DNA from: Mustelus asterias
Lineage: Eukaryota
Assembly: GCF_964213995.1 (NCBI RefSeq)
Contig: NC_135807.1
Coordinates: forward strand, 73,284,001 to 73,348,000
Length of the DNA: 64,000 bases
Direction: 5' to 3'
Part shown: piece after piece, positions 24,706 through 37,345 of the stretch
How the letters are laid out: each line of letters starts with the position of its first letter
Numbering within the stretch: the first letter of the stretch is position 1
Translations under genes and position numbers: made by a program
Notes under the pieces: generated by a model
What the model was told of the DNA's origin: nothing
The model's input: the letters and a program-made list of their open reading frames with translations, nothing else
Database searches by the model: none

Positions 24706-25630
24706 GGGCCCAATTCTACCATCGAGTTGCGCCCGTTTTTGGTCACGAAAACTTGGTAAAGTTGGGCGTGAGGCGGGTAGTGTGGTCCATGACTGCCTCC
24801 ATGACTGTTCTCCCTTTATCAATGGCTGAAAATGGCAGCGATTGGGACCACGCCCGAAACGGGCGCGACGGCAATTTAAATGCATTTGAATGCACTTAAA
24901 TTGAATTAATGGGCTGGACGCTCAACTTCACCAGCACTTCCCCCTTTACCAACGTGTTCTCCCATCCAGATTCGGCACGAAACAGACATGGTCCGCAACG
25001 GCCCGATTCGGGCGCTCCAACTTCTGAGGAGGTAAGTTCAGACTTCCGGCGGCTCTCTGACTCAGATCGGTGGTGGTGGGGTGGGGAGGGGGAGGGGGGG
25101 GAAGGGGGGAGGAGGGAGGCAGGTCAGATGGATCTCTGGTGGGGGGGTGTGGGAGGGCGGTGAGCCAGATGGCCTCTCTGGTGGAGGGGGGAGGCGGGTC
25201 AGATCGCTCTCTGGTGGGGGTGGAGGGGGAGACGGTTCAGATCGCTCTCTGGTGGGGGTGGAGGGGGAGACGGGTCAGATCGCTCTCTGGTGGGGGTGGA
25301 GGGGGAAACGGGTCAGATTGCTCCCTGGTGAGGGTGGAAGGGGAGGTGGGTCAGATCGGTGGGGGGGCGCAGGGGGCCACGATAGGTCTGGGTAGTGGGT
25401 GGAGTTGGGGGGGATAAGGGGGACAGTAATGTTGTGGGGGTGGGGCAATGTCTGTGGGGCCAGGGGAAGGCATTATCTGGCCCGGGAGTAATGTGGCAGG
25501 GGAGCGTTTTTCTATCTTTTGTTTACTGCGCATGCGCAGTTGAAGGCTCCGATCGGAGCAGCAGCGTTTCGGGCATGATAAGCCCCATGCACAGGCTTGT
25601 GCATCACGATCCAGAATTGCTGATTTTTTG
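24706..25630. repeat. GC/CpG-rich interspersed repeat (possibly Harbinger-derived) containing a G-rich ~38-bp minisatellite (~25070-25365)
   Basis: Starts gggcccaattctacc (MITE-like end); unit gggtcagatcgctctctggtgggggtggagggggagac repeated about 5 times. Confidence 0.45.
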
Positions 25631-25641
25631 GATATACTACA

Positions 25642-25654
25642 TGGTGACAAGGAT
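25642..25654 (+). other. Primer binding site, tRNA-Ser(GCU)-like
   Basis: tggtgacaaggat equals TGGCGACGAGGAT with two CpG transitions, directly after the LTR-terminal CA. Confidence 0.6.
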
Positions 25655-26132
25655 CAATTGGAGTTTCTTCATACTACTCCAGAAATTGGGAGAGCAGACC
25701 TCAGGTAAAAGCCTGAGAAAACTCATTCAGCAGTCCGTGAGTGACAAAATGCCCCTTTTTGGGAAACTAGATCTATTTGGCCCTAACATGGAGAAATGGG
25801 TGTAATATATTGAACGCCTGATTTTTTTAAGGCCAATGAAATCGGAGGTGGGGCAAGTGGGAGAGAAGCAGTGAGTAATCCTATTAACAGCCTGCGGACC
25901 TCCAACCTATAGCCTGGTAACAAGTCTGACTTCCCCAGATGCCCCCCAACTCCAAAACTCCTGAGTAGTTTGTGGAATTAGCTAAGGAACATTATCATCC
26001 AAAACCCTCAGATGATCATGCAGTGATACAAATTTCATCCAACAACAAGGGTCCCAGGGGTGTCATTAGCATTTGTGGTACGCTTAAGACAAAAAGCTGA
26101 ACAGTTTGGATCTGCACTCACCGACATGTTGG

Positions 26133-26413
26133 AAGTTTATTTCTTAGTCACAAGTAAGCTTACATTCACACTGTAATGAAGTTACTGTGAAAGTCCCTTA
26201 GTTGCCACACTCCGGCATCTGTTTGGGTACACTGAGGGAGAGTTTAGCATGGCCAATTCACCTAACCTGCACATCTTTGGACTGTGGGAGGAAACCCACG
26301 CAGACACGGGGAGAAGGTGCAAACTCCACACAGATAGTGATCTAAGCCGGGAATTGAACCTGGGTCCCTGGTGCTGAGGCAGCAGTGCTAACCACTGTGC
26401 TACCGTGCCCCCC
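26133..26413 (-). mobile_element. V-SINE with alternative tail
   Basis: HE1-type head; tail ccggagtgtggcaactaagggactttcacagtaacttcattacagtgtgaatgtaagcttacttgtgac. Confidence 0.85.
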
Positions 26414-27920
26414 CTGGGAGAGACAAACGAGTCAACGGTGTTAACAACAGAAAGAAATGACTAGCAGAGGCAGAGATTAATTTGAAGAAGGCATTAGAGG
26501 TCACCTAGGCCATAGAAAGTGCTCAAAGGGAGGCGATGGAACTACAGAATGTGCAAGAAAGCAAGGTCCACCAAGTTTGGAGGGAGGCCACTGATAATCG
26601 AGGTGTGAGAGAGGAAGGTACAGGAAGTAATGAGCAAAGAGGCTCGGAGCAATAGAGAGTGCAGAGGTATAGGGAATTTGGCCCACAAACCAAGAGATAT
26701 GAAGAATGCTACCAATGTGGGGAAGATGTAAATTCAGGGAAGCTGCAAGTTATCCCTGCTTCATCTTGCATTAGGAGCAAATGCAAGATGAAGCAGAGCC
26801 TACCGGAAACCAAAAAAAATTGAACTCCAGGACCCAGTGTTGAGAATAACCTTGAAAATGATTCTGAAGTATACAGGTTAAACAACACCAAGGTGGACAA
26901 GACAACTCCAATTATGATTGTTTGTTAGTAAATGGTCAGCCACTCAGAATGGAGGTGGATACTTGTGCCTGCATTACAGTTATAGGGGAATAAACTTATC
27001 GTTATTTACAAAGAGACGTTCAGCCCCTAAAGTTAAGAAGCGCGATGGTCAGGCTAGCAACATATTATGGGGAAGTTGTAAGCTTCCTAGGAACAACAAC
27101 AACGCCCATAAGCCCCGGCATCAGTCAGCTCAACTGTCTCTAAAAGTAGGTGAGGGCCAAGGGCTCAGTTTGATGGGCTGAGAATTGAAGATTTGTACAC
27201 CGAATTAGCAGGAGGCTTAACTTATACTGAACTTGATATGAGCCATGCTTACCAACAATTAGAATTAGAGGAGGCTTCTTGAGCATTTGCTACAATAAAT
27301 ATCCACCAAAGCTTATATCAGTAAACTCAGCTACCCTTTAGAGTCTCATCGGCGTGTGCAACTTTCCAGTACATGATGTAAAGCTTACTATGGGACCTAC
27401 TGAAGGAGATTGTCTATCGAGGTGATGTACCGAATACAGGAGCATCTGAAGAGGAGCATTTGGCAAATCTCAAAGAAGTTTTAAAGAGATTTAAGAAGGG
27501 AGGAGTGTGGTTAAAAAGGGAGAAATTTACATTCCAGGTTCATGAAATAACGCACTTAGGGGTCAGAGTAGAAGCAAACGGGCTGCACTCTGTGGAAGAG
27601 AAGATAAAAACAATTAAGGAAGCACCAGTCCCCAGAAATATATCAGAATTAAAAATTTTTTTTAAGGAATGGTGAACTATTCTGGAAGATTTATTCCTAA
27701 TCTTTCTACAGTGTTGGCACCCCTACACGCACGACTCAAGAAGCACCAGACGTGGTATTGGCAAGAGCATCAGAAAGAGGCCTTTGAACAGGTTAAACTG
27801 GCATTGCAGTCATCCAGTCTCTTAGTTCATTACAACCCCTCAAAAGAGATAATTCTAACCTTTGATGCATCTCCTTACAGAATTGGAGCGGTTTTATCAT
27901 GAGATGGAAGATGGTGTAGA

Positions 27921-28966
27921 TGTTACAAGCCAGGTTGGAAACTTCAAGGTGTTCTATGAAGCTCGCCTGATCTGTAACATTTTACATTGAATTTGTCTGG
28001 GATGAGCATGAGAGGTTTCACTTCAGGTGTGATTCACCTGACCCACGGGGAGCTTATATAGAGTATGTTCATAGTTCATAGAAACCCTATAGTGCAGAAG
28101 GAGGCCGTTCAGCCCATCAAGTCTGTACCGACAACAATCCCACCCAGGCCCTATCCCCATCACCCCACATATTTACCTCACTAATCCCTCTAACCTACGC
28201 ATCCTGGGACAGTAAGGGGCAATTTAGCATGGCCTATCAACATACCCCACACATCTTTGGAGTGTGGGAGCAAACTGGAGCACCTGGAGGAAACCCACAC
28301 AGACACGTGGAGAATGTGCAAACTCCGCACAGACAGTGACCCAAACCAGGAATCAAACCCGGGTCCCTGGAGCTGTGAGGCAGCAGTGCTAACCACTGTG
28401 CCATCGTGCCACCCAATTTTATCAAAAACAAAGTTTAATGAAGAACATTGTGATATGTATAGTAAGACACTTAGCAAGAACTTTTAACAATTACAAACAA
28501 GAAACGCAACAACTTTGATAATATATAACTCTTAAGGAAATATCTCTAATGTGTTCCAACCAAAGCCAATGTCCAATACACAAAACCCTCCAAATAAACA
28601 CAATACAGCATAGGTTAATGCCCATTTGTTACAGGAATCTCGCTTCCTGGGTTGAATGCTGAAAATCCCTTGTGAAGAAACTCAGAAGATATTGTAGTCG
28701 AATCTATTTCCCAAAACACAGCTTCTTTGAGGCAGAACCAAACAAAGAGAAGAACAGAGAAAGAGACTGCTTCTTAACTTGCTGCTAAATTGCTTCCAAA
28801 AACACGCAGCACAAAGGAAAAAAATCCTATCGCCTGACTGCCCCAAACAAAACTGAAAGCCCTATCACCCAACTGCCACAGCTTAACTCCACCCCCAATG
28901 ACATCACTGAAGCTGTAAGCTGCATGATTTTTAAAAAACTTTTCATAAAGGCACACTCACATCACA
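27921..28966 (-). mobile_element. Solo LTR inserted in the Gypsy RNase H region
   Basis: tgttac...catcaca, TSD taga/caga; removing it restores the reading EDGVERTISSTSRTL; related to 21064-21795. Confidence 0.8.
28060..28413 (-). mobile_element. HE1-type V-SINE inside the solo LTR
   Basis: Matches 29-382. Confidence 0.9.
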
Positions 28967-30931
28967 CAGAAAGGACTATCTCTTCCACCTCGAGGACACT
29001 GACTGATGCTGAAATGCTCACTCTCAAATCGAAAAAGAGGGACTCGCCATCATGTTCGGAGTGAAGAAGTTCCATCAGTTAATGGACAACATTTCATATC
29101 AGCCACTGAGCACAAACCTCTATTAGACCTACTTAAAGAGGATAAGGCCATTCTTCCCGTTGCTACAGTGTAGGTCCAAATGCTGAGCTTTTTTGCTAGC
29201 AGTCTACAAGTATACTTTTCTACCAGGCCAGACACACACATTTCAAACACAATTTTTTTTGAGCCACCTTCCCTACCTGAAAGTGTACCACCTCCACCGG
29301 TACCTCAGGAAATCGGTCTTGTCCCAAACTTTCTCGATACATTGCCTATGTTGGCGCAACAGGTCAAGTTCAGAAAGACCCCATATTATCTCGTGTAATC
29401 ACATGATTCTCCATGGCTGACATTATGTTAACAGGTCTGAGCAATTCAAGCCTTTTCAGATACAAAAAGACAAGTTAATTTGTGAAGACAGGGTATTATT
29501 ATAAAGAGTAAGAGTGGTCCCACTAGAACGTTATTGTTGCAAGAATTACATTGTTCCCATCCTGAGATGACAAAGATGGAAATGCTTGCACAAAGTTGTG
29601 TGTGGTGGCCCGAATAGATACCGACATCGAGAATCTGGTCAAACAATCTGACCAATATCAAATGCAGAAAAAGATTGCCATCTGTGGCTTTAATGCACCC
29701 GTGGGAGCGGCTGAGTCGACCATGGGTGTAACTGGACATCGATTTGCAAGCCCATTCACGGGCACCATTTACCATTACTCATGGTAAATGCGCACTCCAA
29801 GTGGTTAGACAGACATGAAATGAAGTCCACGACCTTGTCAGTAATGGTCACGAAATTGCAACAGACATTCACCATCCGCAGGTTGCCTGAGGTGCTAGTA
29901 TCCAATATTGGGATTGCTTTCACTAGTGAAAAGTTCCAGCATTTCATGAGAAGCATCCATATTCAACTGAACTGCACCCGACCACCCTGCTTCAAATGGG
30001 CTGACAGAGAGAGCCATCAAAACGTTCCAAACCACCAAAAAACCGCTGAAAAAATAGTCATCAGCCTCTCTAACTGGTCTGTTCCCTCCTCTCTATAGAA
30101 CAACACCCCATTTCACCATTGGCATTACACCTGCTGAGTTGCTAATGGGCAGATGTATTAAAAGAAGATTGGACCTCATATTTCCGAATTTAGTGGGGAG
30201 GGTGGAGGCAAACAGAATGTACAGAAGAAGCATCACAACTCGACAAAAACAGAGAGGGCATTTGAGGTGGATGACTGGTTTATTTCAAGAATTATGGTGC
30301 TGGTCCGCATTGGATCCACTCAACAGCCATGCCCAGAACAGACCAGGTGTCGTATGAAATAATTGTCCAAGGGAAAAGGGTAAAGAAACACCTGGACCAT
30401 TTGATTGCAATCGTCTGTTGCAATTTCGCAACCATTACTGACAAGGTCGTGGACTTCATTTCACATCTGTCTAACCAGTTGGAGTGCGCATTTACCATGA
30501 GTAATGGTAAATGGTGCCCTTGAATGGGCTTGCAAATCGATGTGTAGATACAGCCATGGTCAACCCAGCCACTCCCACGGATGCATAAAGACCACAGTGG
30601 CGCAGTCTGCCCCTGGTATGCCTTTCAGTGATATAGCTCTGGATGAAAGTAATGCAGAACAAGCTACCCCGAGGAAGAGCCAAGTATTGTTCCAGTGCTA
30701 ACTGGAGAAGTTATCTGTACTGACCCACCTTCACCAGTCAACAGTCCGCCCATTGAGGATCAAACCAAAGTTACCTCTAAGGCTGGAGTACCTGCTAGCG
30801 AGTTACAATTCTTCCAAAGGATCAGGAAGTCCCCAGAATGACTTATTTTATAAAGGACTGTGTTTGAGATCCATTTGTTGTATCATATTGTAAATAGTTG
30901 AATTGTTATGGGAATGCGTTAATCAGGAACT

Positions 30932-30945
30932 AAAAGGGGGAGGGA
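30932..30945 (+). other. Polypurine tract of the Gypsy element
   Basis: aaaagggggaggga immediately before the LTR start tgtggta (30946). Confidence 0.75.
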
Positions 30946-31010
30946 TGTGGTAGAGTGCCCTCTATGGGCAGGTTCCTTGGGGTGGGGGGTGGGCAGTCAT
31001 TGACCTGTTC

Positions 31011-34000
31011 AAAGAACAAAGAACACTACAGTACAGGAACAGGCCCTTTGGCTCTCCAAGCCTGCACCGATCACGTTGTCCTATCTGGACCAACCACCTG
31101 TGTCCCTCTATACCCCACCTGTTCATTGTGTCTATCCAGATAAGTCTTAAATGTCACTAACGTATTTGCCTCAACCACTTCACTTGGCAGTCATCCCAGG
31201 CCCCCACCACCCTCTGTATAAAAAACTTCCCACACACATCTTCATTGAACATTTCCCCCCTTATCTTGAACTTGTGCCCCCTTGTAATTGTCATTTCTGC
31301 CCTGGGAAAATGCTTCCAACTGTTCACCCTTTCCGTACCCCTCATAATTTTATAAACTTCTATCAGGTCGCCCTCTCAGCCTCCGTCTTCCCAGGGAGGG
31401 CAATCCTAGTTTATTCAATCTCTCCTCATAGCTAATACCCTCCATCCCAGGCAACATCCTGGTAGACCTTTTCTGCACTCTCTCCAAAGCCCCCACATCT
31501 TTCTGGTAGTGTGGTGACCAGAATTGGACACAGTATTCCAAATGTGGCCTTACTAACGTTTTATATAACTGTAACAAAGTTTGCCAACTTTTGTACTCAT
31601 TGACCCATCCGATGAAGGCAAGCATGCCATAGCTTTCTTCGCCACCTTTTCCACCTGTGCTGCCACTTTTAAGGACCTGTGGACTTGTTCTCCCAGATTT
31701 CTCTCTGTGTCTATGCTCCTGATAGTTCTGCCATTTATTTTATAGCTCCCGCCTGAATTGGATCTACCAAAATGCATCACCTAGCATTTGTCCAAATTAA
31801 ATTCCATCTGCCATTTCTCTGCCCAATTTTCCAGCCTATCTTTATCCTGCTGTATTCTCTGACAATCTTCATTGCTATCCGCAACTCCGCCAATCTTAGT
31901 ATCATCCGCAAACTTTCTAATCAGACCAGCTACGTTTTCTTCCAAGTCATTTATATATATTACAAACAGCAGAGATCCCAGCACTGATCCCTGTGGAACA
32001 CCACTAGTTACAGATCTCCATTCAGAAAAACACCTTTCCACCGCTACCCTCTGTCTTCTATGGCCAAGCAAGTTCTGAATCCATCTAGCTAGTTCACCCC
32101 TGATCCAGTGGGATTTAATCTTTTGCACCAGCCTGCAATGAGGGACCTTGTCAAATGCCTTACTAAAGTCCACGTAGACAACATCCATAGCCCTTCCCTC
32201 AATCATTTTTGTCACCTCCTCAAAAAACTCAATTAAATTAGTGAGACATGACTTCCCTCTTACAAAACCACGCTGTCTGTCGCTAACAAGACCATTCAGT
32301 TCCAAATGTGTAAAGATACTATCTCTAAGAATCTTCTCCAACAATTTCACTATCACTGACGTCAAGCTCATTTGCCTATAATTACCCGGGTTATCCTTGC
32401 TACCCTGCTTAAATAACGGGACAACATTCCTCCAATCCTCTGGGACCTCACCAGTGGCCAACAAAGAAACAAAAATTTCTGTTAGAGGCCCAGCAATTTC
32501 ATCTGTTGTCTCCCTCAGTAATCTAGGATAGATGCCATCTGGCCCTGGGCATTTGTCTACCTTAATGCCTTTTAATTCACCGAGCACTTCCTCCCTCGAA
32601 GTGATGACTTGCTCTAAAGGGTTTACACACCCCTCCGAGACGCCATCAATCGACGTGTCCCTCTCCTTTGTGAATATCAATGCAAAGTACTCATTAAGGA
32701 TCTCACCCACTTCCTTTGGCTCTCCACATAATTTCCCTCCTTTGTCGTTGAGTGGACCAACTCTTTCTCCAGCCACTCACTTGTTCCTAATATATGTATT
32801 AATCCTGTCTGCCAAGGACATTTTGTGACCGCTTTTTGCCCTCCTAACTTCCTGTTTGAGCTCTTTTCTACTTTCCCTGCATTCTTCAAATGCTTCATCT
32901 GTTTTTAGTTGCCTAGACCTCACATATGTATTCTTTTTCTTTTTGACTAGACTCACAGTTTTCCTGGTCATCCACGGTTCCTGAATCCTGCCTTTCCTGT
33001 CCTTCCTTTTCATAGGCACATACCTGTCCTGCAATCCGATCAACTGTTTCTTAAAAGACTCCCATATGCCAAATGTGGATTTACCCTCAAACAACCTCTC
33101 CCAAACAACAGCCTCCAAATCTTGCCTAATGCAGTTGTAGTTAGCCTTCCCTCAATTTAGCACCTTAACCCTTGTCCTTTTCCAGAGTATCCGGAAGCTT
33201 ACGGAATTGTGGTCACTGTTCGCCCCATGTTCCCCCACTGCAAATTTGATGACCTAGCTGGGCTCATTCCCTTATACTAGGTCCAGTATAGCTCCCTCTC
33301 TTGTCGAACTATCCACATATTGTTCCAAAAAACTTTCCTGGACACACTTAACAAGTTCCTCACCATCCGGACTCCGAGCCCGAAGTGATTTCCAGTCAAC
33401 ATGAGGAAAATTAAAGTCTCCCCCTACAACAGCCCTATTATTTTTACATCTGTCCAGAATCTGCTTACATATCTGTTCTTCAACTTCCCATGGGCTGTTG
33501 GGAAGCCTGTAGCACACACCTATCATAGCGACTGGCCCCTTCCTGTTTCTGTGTTCTACCCACAGTGTCTAATTATATGATTCTTCCAAGGTGTCCTCCC
33601 TCTGTACAGCTGTTGTGTGTTCCCTAACCAGTATTGCAACTCTCCCACTTCTTTTACCCTCTCCTCTGTCTCACCTAAAACACTTATATCCCTGAATATT
33701 TAGCTGCCCGTCCTGTCCCTCTTTTAACCCAGTCTCCATTATCGCAACTATACCCAAGTTCCGTGCAAGAATCAAGGCTCTAAGTTCATGTGTCTTACCT
33801 GTTATACTCCTTGCATTGAAGCAGATGCACTCCAGACCTCCGGGCCCACTGGGTTCGACCTCTCCCAGCCTGCGCTTCTTCTTAATCAGCCTGGCCTTGG
33901 TACCATGCTCATCCCCAGTCTCTGCACTTGCTGGCCTATTGTTCTGATTCCCACTCCCCTGCCACACTAGTTTAAACCCACCCAAACCATACTAGCAAAC

Positions 34001-34985
34001 CTCCTAGCCAGGATATTGGTGCCCCTCCAGTTCAGATGTAACCCGTCCTTCTTGTACAGGCTCCATCTTCCCTGGAAGACATCCCAATGATCCAAAAGAT
34101 TGAAACCCTCCCTCCTGCATCAGTTCTTTAGCCATGTGTTCGGCTGCACTACCTCCCTGTTCCTAGCCTCACTAGCATGGGGCATGGGGAGTAATCCTAA
34201 GATTACTACCGTAGAGGTCCTGCTTTTTAATCTTCTACATAACTCCCTAAATTGCCGTTGCAGGACCTCGCTACTCTTTCTACCTATGCCATTCATGCCA
34301 ATGTGGACAATGACATCTGTCTGATTTCCCTCTCATTTTAGGATGCTTTGCACCCGCTCAGGACCCTGGCACCAGGGAGGCAAACAACCATCCTGGAGTC
34401 CCTTTCACAGCCACAGAAGTGCCTATCTATGCCCCAGACTATTGAATCCTTACCACTATCGCTTTACTGCGCTTTGTACCCCCCCCCCCCCCCCCCCCTC
34501 TGTGCAGCAGGGCTAGCCGTGGTACCTTCGCTCTGGCCACTGCTGTTGCCATCCCCTGATGGAACTTCCCCCTCATCAGTATCCAAAATGGCATACTTGT
34601 TAGATCGGGAGACAGCCATAGAGGACCCCTGCACTGTCTGCCTACGCCGTCTAATGGTCACCCATTTATCTTCCTGCACTTGTGTGTGACTACATCTCTG
34701 TAGCTATTGTCTATAACAATTTCAGCTAACTGTGTGCTCCTCAGTGCCTCCAGCTGCTGCTCTAACTGATCCATGCGTCGGTGAGCCTCTGGAACTGGAT
34801 GCATTTCTCACAGATGTAGTCCTCAGGGACACTTGAAGTGTCCATGATACCCCACATCGTGCAGGAGTAGCACACAACCCCGCCAATTGACATCTCCCTC
34901 CCTCTATTGGTTGTTAGATTAAAAACTAAATACTAGTTAGGCACTTAAAAAAGAAAAGACTGCTGCTGCTCTCGCAAATAGACCC
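31011..34985 (-). mobile_element. Near full-length CR1 LINE inserted in the Gypsy 3' LTR
   Basis: ORF1 start MSIGGVVCYSC...YICEKC (zinc finger, ATG 34893), esterase DSIV/DGLHLN motifs, APE FNARS, RT FADD (31781..32776), (ttctttg)n tail; several frameshifts. Confidence 0.95.
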
Positions 34986-34989
34986 TCCT

Positions 34990-35329
34990 GATTAGTACAG
35001 GTTGGTATAAGCATTAAGTCTAGTTTGCCACGTTCTAGTAAGTATGAGAAAAACTCTTACCTTACAAAATGTAGCTTAGATTCTATTCCTGTGAACCTGA
35101 GAATGAACGGGTTAAGGACACGGGTCACCTGATTTATAAAGAACCAATCAAGAGCCGCTCTCTCTTTTCATCAACTTAGGCTAAAGCGTGTGGATCCTGT
35201 AGCGTGGGTTTTCCCTGCAATTGGGAGTCGCGAAGCCTTTATATCCCTCTCAACAACTCGTTATTCACCTCTAATAAACTGTTCATTCATTAATCTACTT
35301 GGTGGTCGCCCATCTTTGAAGATACTACA
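34990..35329 (+). mobile_element. Right part of the Gypsy 3' LTR (left part 30946-31010)
   Basis: Ends gatactaca, the inverse of the start tgtggta and matching the 5' LTR remnant at 25634-25641; AATAAA at 35273. Confidence 0.7.
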
Positions 35330-36357
35330 GTATCTTCACAATGTTGCTTGACCACCACCACCACTCCCCTCGCACAGGGGCAGCCAACAGCACAAAGAAG
35401 AAAGAAGCAGCTTGGGTCCCACTCGGCAACAAGTCACAATCATACAGATGTTGACGGACGCACCAAGTTGACGTGATGGCACTTCAACCAGAACCAGCAT
35501 GGACAGATGCAAAGTGCAACCCCCACATCTAATGAATGAGACCATGGTCTCCTATGAGTAAGGTTATTGTTACACCCGGATAAAGTCCAGTTTAATATTC
35601 TTTAATTTAATAGTAATGGGGATCATTATTTATAATGAAAAACTTTCAACAATAATCATTAATCACATATTTTGCAAAGAAATTTAAATTCCAGACCTTC
35701 AGCACCAACAGCATTATTTCATCCATGTTAGAAGCACAGTTAAATATTTTATTAATAGTTTCATTTTAGTCCATCACAAGACTGATTTTAATAAATGAAT
35801 ATCCTAATAATTTACCACATGAGGCATTCATAACTGTTACCGATTTTCATAGTCCCTTGTGAAATTGTGTTATGTTTAATTCACAAGTATGAATTCTAAA
35901 CCAAATTGTTAGAGTGAATGTAACACTTCTGTTCCTGCATACCCTAAGGCTTGCAATTAACGAATAAAAAAGAGCATTTAAATTGCAGGGCAGCCAAAGT
36001 TTTAGAAGAAATTAAATTATTCTATAAAATTGACCTATTCTATTGCACACTCACATCATTTGACATCTTTGCTCCAACCATTGCTTGTGTTTACTATACA
36101 GATGTATGGGAGGTTCACCATATTTAAAATTATCATGAATATCTCACTACCAAAAATGAGTGTTACCAAATATGGTAAATGGATCAGCAGACACTGGGTT
36201 ATGATCTAATCCCCAGATTGGCACTTCCAAAGTGGTAAAAGGAGAGTTGCAGAAAGTCACGATGTTGTGTAAAACCTTAACATTTCAATATTCTGACAAA
36301 GTCAATGACCTGAAAAGTTAACACTATTTCTCCTTTCACAGATGCTGCCAGATATGT

Positions 36358-36631
36358 TTAAGTTTATTTTATTAGCGTCACAAGTAGGCTTACATTAACA
36401 CTGCAATGAAGTTACTGTGAAAATCCCCGACCCGCCACACTCCGGCACCTGTTCGGGTAACTGAGGGAGAATTTAGCATGGCCAATGCACCTAACCAGCA
36501 CATCTTTCAGACTGTGGGAGGAAACCAGAGCACCCGGAGGAAACCCATGCAGACACGGTGGGAATGTGCAGATTCCGCACAGACAGTGACCCAAGTCAGG
36601 AATCGAACCCGGGCCCCTGGCACTGTGAGGC
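36358..36631 (-). mobile_element. V-SINE with alternative tail, inserted in a family B Penelope-like remnant (~36292-36670)
   Basis: Tail ttttcacagtaacttcattgcagtgttaatgtaagcctacttgtgacgctaataaaa; flanks ctgacaaagtc...cacagatgctgccag and attttctgtttttatttcaga. Confidence 0.85.
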
Positions 36632-36711
36632 TATGCTGGGAATTCCATCATTTTCTGTTTTTATTTCAGAAGGAAATACTTGTTTGCAAGATATTAACTT
36701 TACACATGTTA

Positions 36712-37345
36712 TTTACTTAGTTCCTCTGGTCCTGTGTGGGCCAATGGGCAACAAGACTCCACCACTTGCCCCGCTCCATCATGGTCACTTTTGCACCAGC
36801 TCAGGTGGGGTCCTGGTCTTGAAATTTCTCTCATTAATGTGTTTTGCCAGGCCTTCTTTGACCATTCTCACCTTCATTTTCCATCTGGTGCTGTTCACTC
36901 TACTGTAGTCACTCTGGTAGGGTGTACATCTAGTAGGTGAAATACATGCCCTGCCAACCACGTGTCTCTCTATCATGATGTCCTGCATGTGCCTCTGACC
37001 AGTTCTCTGTAGCAATTCTTCATTGGTGATGTTGTCTTGCCATGTGATGCCCAGGATGCAGGCAGCACTGGTGAAAAATGTACAACCTACATGGCACCTT
37101 TATTGTTCCCTTCCATGTCTCACTGGCATAGATTGCAGCTGGTACTACTTTGGACAACAGGAGTCACAGTTTCATGGTCTTGTTGATGGTATTGGTTGCC
37201 CAGACTGTGTGGAGTTGCTGCTGTCTGATTTTTGTGTGGACATCACCCTCCATGGAAAGGTAGCTTCCTAGATAGGGTAAGTGGTCAATGTCCTTAATAT
37301 TCTGTTCCCAGTTGGTGATGGGAGGTCTTGTTGCTGTGCAGTCAT
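36712..37345 (-). mobile_element. RTE-like LINE 3' fragment
   Basis: Minus-strand IDHLPYLGSYLSMEGD (RTE F-x-YLGS motif) and RTE-like C-terminal region. Confidence 0.55.

Larger units (their letters stand above)
25634..35329 (+). mobile_element. Decayed Gypsy LTR retrotransposon with nested insertions; 5' LTR almost entirely lost
   Basis: LTR end atactaca + PBS; gag MPLFGKLD.. at 25749; RT LAGGLTYTELDMSHAYQQL; RNase H DASPYRIGAVLS; integrase HSKWL/LPEVLVSN; PPT; split 3' LTR. Confidence 0.85.
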
